Source: Fibrobacteria bacterium (lineage in GTDB: Bacteria > Fibrobacterota > Fibrobacteria > UBA11236). From it: DNA of 64,000 bases. The stretch's first letter is position 1; each line of letters starts with the position of its first letter. Below the pieces are notes generated by a model that worked only from the letters and a program-made list of their open reading frames with translations, had not been told where the DNA came from and ran no database searches. A program made the translations under genes and the position numbers. Positions 18,290 through 27,790 of this stretch are shown piece after piece. Location of the stretch: NCBI GenBank assembly GCA_043745805.1, contig JAYTSD010000020.1, forward strand, positions 128,001 to 192,000. The letters run 5' to 3'.

Positions 18290-19317
18290 AATCCACCTCG
18301 TCTTCGCAATAAAAGCAAAATTACAATCGGCGCCCCTAATAATGAAAGGATGGTATTTAATGGCAAGATATGCCCCGATCCGGGTAATTGGGTTAATGCA
18401 TCCGCACCTATTGCGACAATGCCACCGAGTAAAATACAGACGGGTAACAAAATGCGATGATCGGCGGTGCGGAAAAGGTAACGTGCGGCATGTGGTACGG
18501 CTAAACCTAAAAAGGCTAAGGGTCCACAATAGGCGGTTACGGCTCCGGTTAATAAACAGGTGGAAAATAATAGGATCCAACGGGATTGCCGCAAGGAAAC
18601 CCCTAGGCTACGGGCATATTGATCGCCTAATAATAAAGCATTCATAGCCTTCATAGCAAAAAAGCTGAACAAAATCCCCATTAATATTAAAGACGCCATG
18701 AGGGGTAACCTTTGCCAAGAAACACCTGCAAAAGTTCCGAAATTCCATAAAGCATAGGATTGTACTTGGGCGGCTTGCGCGGAGGCTAAAAGTACATTCA
18801 CTAGTGCGCCCACGGCATACCCGAGCATAATCCCTAATAATAGCAAAGGAAGATTGCCTTCTAAGCGTTTGGCGGCCCAAAGTATAATCGCCATGACTAT
18901 TGCGGAACCTAACATGGCAGCGAATTGTATCCCCAACCCTCCCACCATATTACCGAGCCAAGAAGTGGGAATGGTAAGTAACACTAATGATACCCCCAAA
19001 CTGGCTCCAGAACTTATTCCTAAAACAAAAGGATCAGCCAAGGGATTACGAAATAGAGTTTGCATTTGCAAGCCGCTCACGGATAAAGCAATGCCGGCCA
19101 ATAAGGCCGCTAAATTTTTGGGGAAACGAAATTCCCAAAAAATAGCCAGCCAACTCAATTTTTCCGGCGTATGACCTAAGAGCATATTTTTAATCGCGGA
19201 AAGTGGAATAGAAACTGATCCCCAAGTCAAATTGAAAATAAAAATTATCAGCAAGACTAATACTAATAGGGATAATTTAGCCCAAGGGTAACCGGAAGAT
19301 TTCATCAAGGCCTTCAT
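18286..19317 (-). CDS. Cobalamin/Fe ABC permease (BtuC/FecCD family)
   Basis: QTLFRNPLADPFVLGISSGA, ARSLGV, FLGLAVPH. Confidence 0.92.
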   Translation of the reverse strand: MKALMKSSGYPWAKLSLLVLVLLIIFIFNLTWGSVSIPLSAIKNMLLGHTPEKLSWLAIFWEFRFPKNLAALLAGIALSVSGLQMQTLFRNPLADPFVLGISSGASLGVSLVLLTIPTSWLGNMVGGLGIQFAAMLGSAIVMAIILWAAKRLEGNLPLLLLGIMLGYAVGALVNVLLASAQAAQVQSYALWNFGTFAGVSWQRLPLMASLILMGILFSFFAMKAMNALLLGDQYARSLGVSLRQSRWILLFSTCLLTGAVTAYCGPLAFLGLAVPHAARYLFRTADHRILLPVCILLGGIVAIGADALTQLPGSGHILPLNTILSLLGAPIVILLLLRRRGGF

Positions 19318-20468
19318 TCTAGTTTATGAAACCATTTCAAGGAATGTTGTGGTAATAATTCGGGATGGAAAATAGTTAGCATATCGGCCAGGAGAGCCGC
19401 TGGATCGGCAGCCCCTTCTTCGAAAATATCATTTCCTCCTTCAGGAGTAACGCGTGCATTATTGTTAAAAACATTTTTGTTGCGAAAGGCTTTAAAAAGA
19501 TTATAGCGTTCATCCTGCTCCAAGCCCTCGTTCAAAGAATTCCAGTTAGACGGATTAATCCAAAAATCGGCGGCTGAGGCTTTGTCCAAAACACTTTCAA
19601 AGTTCAGCGGAAGAATTTCGCTGGATGAATCCTCGGCCCATAAATATTTTGCACCTGCATCATTCAAAATTTTGGCGACATAACTATTCCCTCCCGACAT
19701 ATGCCAAGTGCCGCCGAATAAAGCATTCACAAATACTGTGGGAGAGGACTTTGCTTGACGACTTAAAATTGCCAAGTCTTCATACTGCCTAGCTGTTTTT
19801 ACAAATAAACTTTCGGCTAAAGCCTCTTGATTAAAAAATGCCGCGATGAATTTAATCCATTCTGCGCGACCCAGTGGGTGACTTTCCAAATAAGAAGCAT
19901 TCAAAACCATGGGCAATTTGGCCAAGTTTATTTTTTCATTATTTAGATCTTTTTCTTCTACTGCAAAACTAATAATGAGATCCGGAGCTAATTCTAAAGT
20001 ACGCTCTATATTAATTTGATTATTACTTGCTAAAGCTATGACTTTGCCATTAGCAAGAGCCTCGCGAATTTTTGGATTATACACGTAATTTGCTTCTCCA
20101 ACGGCCACTAAATGATCGAGTAAGTTTAAATGATCTAGGTGGGGGAAATCGGTGGCGGAAAGTAATGCGATGTGATTTACAGGGGTGCGAATAATGACCT
20201 GTCCCATAAGGTACAGTGGGATGGGTTGATTTTTGGGCACTAAAAAATAATGCTGTGAGGCTTTGGCGCCGAGCCATGGTTTGCGAACAATAATTTCGGT
20301 ATACAGGGCGTGATGAATGATTTGTAATCCGTTGGAATAATGCATGGGGACAGCATCCCCTTTTTCAGTCAAAACAGGACTTTGACGTTCCTTAAATTTG
20401 CATGAAAGGCAAAAAAAGGAAAAGCATAGGTATAGACTCAAAATGACCGAAGGTGATTTTTTCATCAT
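19314..20468 (-). CDS. Cobalamin ABC substrate-binding lipoprotein (BtuF-like)
   Basis: Lipobox LSC; ESHPLGRAEWIKF; operon with cbiZ and cbiB. Confidence 0.88.
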   Translation of the reverse strand: MMKKSPSVILSLYLCFSFFCLSCKFKERQSPVLTEKGDAVPMHYSNGLQIIHHALYTEIIVRKPWLGAKASQHYFLVPKNQPIPLYLMGQVIIRTPVNHIALLSATDFPHLDHLNLLDHLVAVGEANYVYNPKIREALANGKVIALASNNQINIERTLELAPDLIISFAVEEKDLNNEKINLAKLPMVLNASYLESHPLGRAEWIKFIAAFFNQEALAESLFVKTARQYEDLAILSRQAKSSPTVFVNALFGGTWHMSGGNSYVAKILNDAGAKYLWAEDSSSEILPLNFESVLDKASAADFWINPSNWNSLNEGLEQDERYNLFKAFRNKNVFNNNARVTPEGGNDIFEEGAADPAALLADMLTIFHPELLPQHSLKWFHKLE

Positions 20469-20611
20469 CGAAATATATCTCCTCCCAAGGATGTTGTAAA
20501 AAGATTCGTCGCAAACCCTTTATTTTAGGGCTTCGCATACATTTGATTGGGAATCATTTGGATTTTTTTTATATATAAAAAATCGAACCGACAATTAATC
20601 CAGAGGCTACT

Positions 20612-21388
20612 TTGGAAGAGAATATTTTCCCTACCGGCACTAACAAAAAGTTTAGTTCCATTGACGCGCATGCACTCCGCGCAAGATTGGATGAGTATTT
20701 TTCTAGTCAACATAACGGTGAACATTTAACCGTCGAATTACCTATTTCCATGCTTTTAGAAATGGAAAAGAGTGTAGAAAAATCCTATGCCGAACCCGAC
20801 GAAAAAACTTTAGCCGACGAAGCCGAAAGACAAAAGTGGAATAAAGAGTTGGGTAATCATTTGCGTCGTGTAGCAGCCTATGCTAAACTCTTGGCGCAAA
20901 AACTGGGCATGAGTGATGAAGAAGTTAAAATCATTAAACAAATTTCTCCCATGCATGATATTGGCAAAGGAGCTATTCCCGAATCAATTTTACACAAGCC
21001 CGCTAAACTCACAGTAGAAGAATTTGAAATCATGAAAACCCATACGCAATGGGGTTATGATTTGCTTAAAGATTGTAAAATGGAAATGCTCCAATTAGGG
21101 GCGATGGTGGCAGTACAACACCAAGAAAAATTCGATGGGTCGGGTTATCCGAATGGCTTAAAGGGTGAAGAAATTCATATCTATAGCCGCATCACTACCG
21201 TGGCCGATGTATTCGATGCTTTAGCGAGCGAGCGTAGTTATAAAAAAGCTTGGGATATTGAGGCTATCGTGCAATATTTTCAATGCGAACGCGGTGGTCA
21301 CTTTGATCCCCTATTAGTGGATGTACTACTAGAAAATTTACCTGAAATTCTTGAGATTAAAAAGGCCTTTGCGGAAAAGGGCGAGTAA
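20612..21388 (+). CDS. HD-GYP c-di-GMP phosphodiesterase domain protein
   Basis: HDIGK, HQEKFDGSGYP, ADVFDAL, RSYK. Confidence 0.9.
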   Translation: MEENIFPTGTNKKFSSIDAHALRARLDEYFSSQHNGEHLTVELPISMLLEMEKSVEKSYAEPDEKTLADEAERQKWNKELGNHLRRVAAYAKLLAQKLGMSDEEVKIIKQISPMHDIGKGAIPESILHKPAKLTVEEFEIMKTHTQWGYDLLKDCKMEMLQLGAMVAVQHQEKFDGSGYPNGLKGEEIHIYSRITTVADVFDALASERSYKKAWDIEAIVQYFQCERGGHFDPLLVDVLLENLPEILEIKKAFAEKGE

Positions 21389-21416
21389 CGCTTAATTAAA
21401 GCGACGAAGCCGTGAT

Positions 21417-21788
21417 TTAGTCGCCCAGTAATTCCTGAACTAAATTCATTAAAGCATGCAAACGAAATGGCTTTTGCAAAAAGGCCACTCCCGGCTGATC
21501 CAGTGCTTTTTGTATAGTGTCATTGCTATTCCCAGTATATCCCGAAATAAAAAGCACTTTTAAATGGGGATGAATAGCGCGAATTTTCACCATTAAATCA
21601 GGACCACTCATACGCGGCATGACTACATCGGTAATCATTAATTTTAAAGGCTCTAAATGCGATTCAGCTAATTCAATCGCTTCATTACCTTGGGAGGCAA
21701 ACAATACGATATAACCGCGACTTTCCAGTATTTCGCGAATGAGCCTTCGAAGCAGCTCTTCATCTTCCACTAAGAGAATCGTAGTCAT
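21417..21788 (-). CDS. Stand-alone receiver-domain response regulator
   Basis: LVEDE, TDVVMPRMSG, SGY, KPF. Confidence 0.92.
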   Translation of the reverse strand: MTTILLVEDEELLRRLIREILESRGYIVLFASQGNEAIELAESHLEPLKLMITDVVMPRMSGPDLMVKIRAIHPHLKVLFISGYTGNSNDTIQKALDQPGVAFLQKPFRLHALMNLVQELLGD

Positions 21789-21828
21789 TATGGAGAAGGT
21801 AAAAAAGCTTTAGTTAAAACGGAAAAAA

Positions 21829-22986
21829 TTAAGGCAGAAAAATTTCTTTAAAAGCCATGGTACTATCAGCTGGCATAGAGGAAATGGAAAAATGCGTGAT
21901 CCCGATAACTTGATCATACTGTGACTTAACATACACGCGCCAATCCCCTGCGAGAAGATTTTGCTTATAGGTAAAACCACGAAAACCATTTTGCCTACCG
22001 CCGAAAATGGGATACCCTATTTTTGAAACAACCTTCCAATTTTTGTGAGATTTGTCATAATATTGCCATTCATGATAAATATGGGTATCTATACCGGAAG
22101 GAAGAAATAACGCGGAATAGCAGTATAATTTTTCCCCAGGAAATAAATGCACTTCCTGTTCGGTGCTTTTCCAGAACTCCCAAAAGGCAGGTTTTTCAAT
22201 TCGCAGCGCAAATCCTCCCGCCTGCTTTTCTAAATTACGCGCCATACGCAAATCTTTTTTCACCAAGGGTACTGGCGGTAAAGCATGGAAAAGAAATAAT
22301 AAACCCATAGTGCCTCCCACTAAGTAACTAGGGAAAATATTTCCTTTCGCTAGGGGGCTTAAACGTCGCACGCCTAAGGTTATGCCAATTCCCAAAGCAA
22401 TACTTATAAAAAACCAAATGGGATTTAGGCTGTGAAATAAATGCGGTAAAGCAAAATTAAAATACAGAATACCGGCAAAAGTGAATAAGGACCAAGATAA
22501 GGTAAAGCGATGATAATGCTTGTCCCAAAACTCATTTGCCACCAATAAAAAAATCAAAGTCCCGGTGAATACAAAGCTAGGCCAATAACTGGAGCTAAGG
22601 AAATAAAAAATAACTAGAGCACTGAAAATACTACCAAAACAAAATTGCAATAAAAAATTGGGAACTTCTTTCCAAGGAAAACCATTTTGCTCCTCAAGGG
22701 TTTCTATTTCCATTCTGAGATTTTGCCTTGCCATGATAGGTAACATAGCAGCTGCTCCCAAATAATAAGCCAGTAGAATAAAAAGGTCTAAGGCTTGTAT
22801 ATTTTTTCCCAAGGAATAGGCGTCCCAAAGAAAACCTCCAATAAAGGCGGTGGCCGGAAAATAGGGTTTTATTTTTTGATATGGCTTAACGACGAGATGC
22901 GATGCTTTCATTATTTTAAAAATAAATCCTCTATGACCTTCTTTTAAAGTCCTTTGGACAATAAAACTTTTTAATTTGAGAGACAT
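21829..22986 (-). CDS. DUF2914-domain membrane protein
   Basis: GGFLWD, several TMs, IYHEW and GGRQNGFRGFTYK..GDWRV. Confidence 0.8.
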   Translation of the reverse strand: MSLKLKSFIVQRTLKEGHRGFIFKIMKASHLVVKPYQKIKPYFPATAFIGGFLWDAYSLGKNIQALDLFILLAYYLGAAAMLPIMARQNLRMEIETLEEQNGFPWKEVPNFLLQFCFGSIFSALVIFYFLSSSYWPSFVFTGTLIFLLVANEFWDKHYHRFTLSWSLFTFAGILYFNFALPHLFHSLNPIWFFISIALGIGITLGVRRLSPLAKGNIFPSYLVGGTMGLLFLFHALPPVPLVKKDLRMARNLEKQAGGFALRIEKPAFWEFWKSTEQEVHLFPGEKLYCYSALFLPSGIDTHIYHEWQYYDKSHKNWKVVSKIGYPIFGGRQNGFRGFTYKQNLLAGDWRVYVKSQYDQVIGITHFSISSMPADSTMAFKEIFLP

Positions 22987-23059
22987 CCTACTTCATCTCT
23001 TTCGAGGGCGGTAGAAATTTCAAGATTACCAGAAAGTTGCAAAAGCAAGAAAGCTTCAT

Positions 23060-24133
23060 TTGTCAAGCACAGATCCTTCTCAAAACCATTCAAATCCTTT
23101 GGATAAATTCGCGTCTTCGCCCATTCGAAAGCATCGTCGATTATTTTGGTTTACATTTATACTCGCTTTATTGATCTCTTTAGTGTTACATCGCTGTTAC
23201 CAAGAAGCTATTTTAAAAATCCCCCCATTACCCGCGCCAGTCCATGGCGAGGCAAAAAATGCAAGCCAGGACAGCAGTTTTAAGCCCGCTATTCCCCTGA
23301 CTCCCAAAATATTGGTGCCCACGACTCTTCAAAAACCTAAACTCGTCTTAAAAGAGATTTTACCTAAAGCTAAAATCGTCCTCTCCGACTCTGCACCCTA
23401 CGTGTATGCTGATCCTTGGGGCGGGAGACATTTTGATTCTGTGGAAGTCAAATTGTTTTGTCGCGGGAATTGTGTGGTGCTGTATTCTTTGGAAGACAGT
23501 ATTCATTTTAAAAGCTATGAAAATCCACTAACCTTTCGACGCAATACCACACTTTGGATAACCGCTGTGGATTCCTTGGCGCGCCAAACCCAACCTTTAC
23601 GCATCGAATATATTATCGAAAAAGATCAAGGCTTATGCCGGCGTGGCATGATGCCGCTCACTGTAAAGGAAAAAAACCTCTGCATGGATATTTATGAATG
23701 GCCGAATAAGGCGGGAGAGCTTCCTCAGGCTTCGGTAAATCAGGCGCAAGCGGCAGATTCTTGTCAACGAGTGGGTAAACGTTTATGTGCCTTAGACGAA
23801 TGGCAAAGCGCTTGTCACGGTCCTGCCAAGGATGCCTACCCATATGGACCAAAATACAATACCCAATATTGCGTCACTAAAGAAAATGCTGCCGAACGTT
23901 CTGGAAGAACTCCCGCTTGCCGGTCCTATTATGGTAACATGGATATGACGGGTAACTTATGGGAATGGACTTCTACGCCGGCTCCTGAAAATGAAGATTT
24001 CTTTTGGGTGGTTGGAGGTCAATGGAGTACTGGACCGGAAGGAACTTGTAGTTTGCATCGCTATAGCTTTTATCCTCAAAATCAATATCCTTTTGTGGGC
24101 TTTCGTTGCTGTGCCGAAATGGATAAAAAGTAA
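23060..24133 (+). CDS. Membrane-anchored FGE-sulfatase (SUMF1)-domain protein
   Basis: N-terminal TM; KRLCALDEWQSAC, DMTGNLWEWT, GFRCC. Confidence 0.82.
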   Translation: MSSTDPSQNHSNPLDKFASSPIRKHRRLFWFTFILALLISLVLHRCYQEAILKIPPLPAPVHGEAKNASQDSSFKPAIPLTPKILVPTTLQKPKLVLKEILPKAKIVLSDSAPYVYADPWGGRHFDSVEVKLFCRGNCVVLYSLEDSIHFKSYENPLTFRRNTTLWITAVDSLARQTQPLRIEYIIEKDQGLCRRGMMPLTVKEKNLCMDIYEWPNKAGELPQASVNQAQAADSCQRVGKRLCALDEWQSACHGPAKDAYPYGPKYNTQYCVTKENAAERSGRTPACRSYYGNMDMTGNLWEWTSTPAPENEDFFWVVGGQWSTGPEGTCSLHRYSFYPQNQYPFVGFRCCAEMDKK

Positions 24134-24158
24134 CCGTATTATTATTATCTTCTAGCCC

Positions 24159-27101
24159 ATGCAAGAAACACTTTATCTCATCGACAGTTCGGCTGTGGCC
24201 TTCCGTTCTTTTTATGCTTTTATCAATCGCCCTTTAGTCAATTCCAAAGGCCGTGAAACTTCGGTGATATTTGGTTTTGCGTCACATATATTGCGTTTGA
24301 TTAATGAATGTCATCCTACTCATATTGCCATTGTACAAGACTTACCCAAAAAAACTTTTCGTCATCATATGTATCAAGAATACAAGGCGCATCGCAAACC
24401 CATTCCCGAAAATCTGATTACGCAATTACCGGATGTAAATGAATTTGTTGAGCTCTCAGGATTACATTGTATTTCCAAAGAAGGATTTGAAGCCGATGAT
24501 GTGATTGGGACTTTAGCCTTACAAGGCAAACGTGCAGGCATGAAAGTATTTATTGTCAGTCGCGATAAAGATTTAATGCAATTGGTGGATGATGATATTT
24601 TAATGTTTGATCTAGGTTCTGCTGGCGAAGCCTCCACTACTATGGGTGTCGCGGAAGTCAAAGAAAAAATGGGAGTACCACCAAAGCAAATCGTTGATTT
24701 ATTAGCCCTCATAGGCGATGCTTCGGATAATGTTCCGGGCGTGGCTAAAATAGGCCCCAAAACCGCTGCTGATTTGTTGGCCACTTATGGTAACTTAGAG
24801 AATACCTATAAAAATGCTGAAAGCATTAGCAAAAAGGGCTTACGCGAGAATTTGCTTAAAGATAAAGAGATGGCCTTCCTTTCGCAAAAACTGGTTACCT
24901 TGGATTGCGATATCGTTTTGCCCGTAGGCCTGGAAAATTTTCGTTATCAAGGCTTGGATCTCAAAGCTATTAATACTTTTGTAGAAAATTTAGAACTGCA
25001 TTCTTTACGTAAATTTATTCCCAAAGAGAATACGGTCACTTCGACAGGCTCAGTTTCCGCAGGTGTAAGCTCAGTGAATGTAGTGGCCGCAGTATCTGGA
25101 GGTGGGCGCTCTACATCCAGGGGATCAGCAGTTGCAGGGAACCCTTCTTTACTTGATGATTCGATGATCGGTACTGTTCCTTCGACAAGCTCAATGTCTT
25201 CGGTGTCTGGTAAGGGTGACTCGGTAGTCACTGAGTCTGTCGAAGTGACGGAAGTGACCGAAGCAGCAGCCAAAGCGAATCGCTCTCACTTGCACTATCA
25301 ATTAGCGTATGGTGAAGAAGCACTTGATAAGCTATTTCAAGAATTGCGTAAAGCCGACATCATTGCGCTCGATACCGAAACTACGGGTCTTGATACTAAT
25401 ACCGCAGGCTTGGTGGGTATTTGTCTTTCCACGCAAAGTCATACCGGCTGGTATATTCCGATAGGACATCATGCAGGTCCAAATTTGAGTCTGGAGGAGG
25501 CGCGCAAATTTTTAAGCCCGATTTTCCATGACGCAAACAAAAAATTTATTTTCCACAATGCCAAATATGATATTCCTATTTTAGAGCGTCATGATTTTTT
25601 ACCATCCTGTTTATTTTTAGGCGGAAATTTAATCGATACCATGGTGGCGACTTATGTATGTAATCCGGGTACGCGCCGCTTATCGCTCGATGATTTAGCG
25701 ATGGATCATTTTCAACATGCCATGATTCCTATTGAGGTGTTAATTGGCAAAGGAAAAAATCAAAAAAGCTTTGCCGAAGTGCCGGTGGATAAAGCCTGTG
25801 AATATGGTGCGGAAGATGCCGACATTACTTTTCGCTTATGGGAAATTTTCTCCAAAGAATTAACCGAGAAAAATTTAAGCCAACTTTTTTTCACCATGGA
25901 AATGACTTTGCTGCCAGTATTATTGCGCATGGAAGGTCGCGGAATAACTTTAGATGTTAATGTCTTAAAAACTCTTTCTGAACAATTAAAACTGGAAATC
26001 GCGCGCCTCGAAAATGAAATCTTTACTTTAGCCGGACAAATTTTTAATGTCAGTTCGCCTTTGCAATTGCAAGAAATTCTTTTTGCAAAACTCGGATTAA
26101 AAACTGGTAAAAAAACCAAAACGGGCTATTCCACTGATGCCGACGTATTGGGTAAATTAGAAGGGAAGCATCCCATTATTAGTTTGCTTTTGGATCATCG
26201 TGAATGCACCAAGCTACGTAGCACTTATGTAGAGGCTTTGCCGGAAATTGCCGATCCCGTAACACACAAAATCCACACACATTATTCCCAAGTGATTGCT
26301 GCCACCGGACGCTTATCCAGCATTAATCCCAATTTGCAAAATATTCCCATCCGCACCGAAACAGGCCGGAAAATTCGCGGTTGCTTTGTGCCGTCATCGC
26401 CTGATCACGTTTTATTATGTGCCGATTATTCGCAAATTGAATTGCGCCTGCTTGCGCATTTGAGTGGCGACCCCGCACTTTGCGAAGCTTATCAAAAGGG
26501 TTTGGATATTCATAGTCGCACGGCTTCCATTCTCTATAAAATCCCCGAAGATCAAGTGACATCCGATATGCGACGCAATGCCAAGGTGGTTAATTTTGGC
26601 GTACTTTATGGCATGGGACCACAACGCTTATCCGCGCAACTCAAAATCCCGCGTGCGGAAGCGCAACAATTTATCGCTAATTATTTCAGTACTTATGCTT
26701 CCGTGGACCGTTACATACAAGATACCATAGAAAGTGGTCGCCGTTTGGGTTATGTGGAAACCCTAGCGGGGCGCAAAAGGTTTTTACCCGATTTAATGTC
26801 CGATAATCGAATGTTGAAAGAAAATGCGGAACGCATTGCTGCGAATACGCCAATTCAAGGCAGCGCAGCAGATCTAATCAAAATTGCCATGATTAGCATT
26901 GATAAAAAAATAGCCGCTAAAGGTTGGGATTGTGCCATGCTTTTGCAGGTACATGATGAATTGGTATTTGAAGTACATACTCGCGATGTGGCTGCTGCTT
27001 CGGAATTTATTCGCGAGGAAATGATAAATGCCATGCAATTGCGAGTGCCTTTAACCGTGGAAATCGGCACCGGCTTGACTTGGCTATCAGCTCACTCCTA
27101 A
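24159..27101 (+). CDS. polA: DNA polymerase I with a repeat-derived linker insertion
   Basis: 5'-3' exo (EADD, GDASDNVPG), 3'-5' exo (DTET, HNAKYD, YGAEDAD), polymerase motifs DYSQIELR and QVHDEL. Confidence 0.97.
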   Translation: MQETLYLIDSSAVAFRSFYAFINRPLVNSKGRETSVIFGFASHILRLINECHPTHIAIVQDLPKKTFRHHMYQEYKAHRKPIPENLITQLPDVNEFVELSGLHCISKEGFEADDVIGTLALQGKRAGMKVFIVSRDKDLMQLVDDDILMFDLGSAGEASTTMGVAEVKEKMGVPPKQIVDLLALIGDASDNVPGVAKIGPKTAADLLATYGNLENTYKNAESISKKGLRENLLKDKEMAFLSQKLVTLDCDIVLPVGLENFRYQGLDLKAINTFVENLELHSLRKFIPKENTVTSTGSVSAGVSSVNVVAAVSGGGRSTSRGSAVAGNPSLLDDSMIGTVPSTSSMSSVSGKGDSVVTESVEVTEVTEAAAKANRSHLHYQLAYGEEALDKLFQELRKADIIALDTETTGLDTNTAGLVGICLSTQSHTGWYIPIGHHAGPNLSLEEARKFLSPIFHDANKKFIFHNAKYDIPILERHDFLPSCLFLGGNLIDTMVATYVCNPGTRRLSLDDLAMDHFQHAMIPIEVLIGKGKNQKSFAEVPVDKACEYGAEDADITFRLWEIFSKELTEKNLSQLFFTMEMTLLPVLLRMEGRGITLDVNVLKTLSEQLKLEIARLENEIFTLAGQIFNVSSPLQLQEILFAKLGLKTGKKTKTGYSTDADVLGKLEGKHPIISLLLDHRECTKLRSTYVEALPEIADPVTHKIHTHYSQVIAATGRLSSINPNLQNIPIRTETGRKIRGCFVPSSPDHVLLCADYSQIELRLLAHLSGDPALCEAYQKGLDIHSRTASILYKIPEDQVTSDMRRNAKVVNFGVLYGMGPQRLSAQLKIPRAEAQQFIANYFSTYASVDRYIQDTIESGRRLGYVETLAGRKRFLPDLMSDNRMLKENAERIAANTPIQGSAADLIKIAMISIDKKIAAKGWDCAMLLQVHDELVFEVHTRDVAAASEFIREEMINAMQLRVPLTVEIGTGLTWLSAHS
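25033..25260. repeat. Family B palindromic repeats inside polA (inverted pair plus partial copies)
   Basis: cggtcacttcgacaggctcagt 25033-25054; ccttcgacaagctca 25179-25193; inverted gtcactgagtctgtcgaagtgac 25227-25249. Confidence 0.85.
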
Positions 27102-27116
27102 TGAAGAAAGAAAACT

Positions 27117-27761
27117 ATGGCCAGTAAACTTCTCATTGGTGTAACCGGAAATATTGCGAGCGGGAAATCGAGCGTCGCGCAAATGTTACGCGAAAAGGGT
27201 TGCGCTTTAATCGATGCCGATAAGGTTGCACATGATTTATATCTCAATAATCGACCGTTGGTACAGCAATTGGTATCGGAATTTGGAGCCGAAATACTCG
27301 ATACTTATGGTCGACTCAATCGTACTAAATTAGGTAAAATTGTTTTTGGAAATCTCGAAGCTATGGCCACCTTGAATCGTATTGTACATCCGGTGCTGAC
27401 GGTGGAAATACGCAATCAAATTTGGTCTTCGCTGAAAGTTTTAAATCGTGTAGTGCTCGATGCCGCACTCATTGTGGAATTTGGATTGGCCCAAGATTTT
27501 GATTATTTAATTTTTGTCTCCGCCAATACCGAAACACGTTTGCAACGTTTAATTAGTCGCAATGAACTGAATGAAGAAGACGCCGCCGAACGCATTCGCA
27601 GCCAAATGCCCGAAGAGGGAAAATTACAATATGCAGATTTTGTGTTAAAAAACGAAAGTACTACCGAATATTTATCCGAGCAAGTCGATGCCGTATGGGA
27701 TGAAATTGTGGATCGGGAATTGCGTGATATTCACAGCGATAGACAGCGTCGTGAGCTGTAA
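27117..27761 (+). CDS. coaE: Dephospho-CoA kinase
   Basis: IGVTGNIASGKS, IDAD, IVHP; polA-coaE synteny. Confidence 0.95.
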   Translation: MASKLLIGVTGNIASGKSSVAQMLREKGCALIDADKVAHDLYLNNRPLVQQLVSEFGAEILDTYGRLNRTKLGKIVFGNLEAMATLNRIVHPVLTVEIRNQIWSSLKVLNRVVLDAALIVEFGLAQDFDYLIFVSANTETRLQRLISRNELNEEDAAERIRSQMPEEGKLQYADFVLKNESTTEYLSEQVDAVWDEIVDRELRDIHSDRQRREL

Positions 27762-27790
27762 AAATACTTATAAATACTTATACTTTGTTC

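Noticed and set aside
17525-18580. ORF-track starts at 18580, 28891, 32962 and 63582
   Set aside because: They overlap upstream genes or promoters; downstream starts fit family lengths, gene overlaps or SD sites better.
20469-20611. Cobalamin riboswitch upstream of btuF
   Set aside because: Region is short and AT-rich with no B12-box.
24374-27070. Antisense and alternate-frame ORFs within polA and other core genes
   Set aside because: Shadow ORFs with no recognisable motifs, fully overlapping well-supported genes.
27762-27781. aaatacttat tandem duplication before pgsA
   Set aside because: Two AT-rich units; a simple slippage event with no evidence of function.
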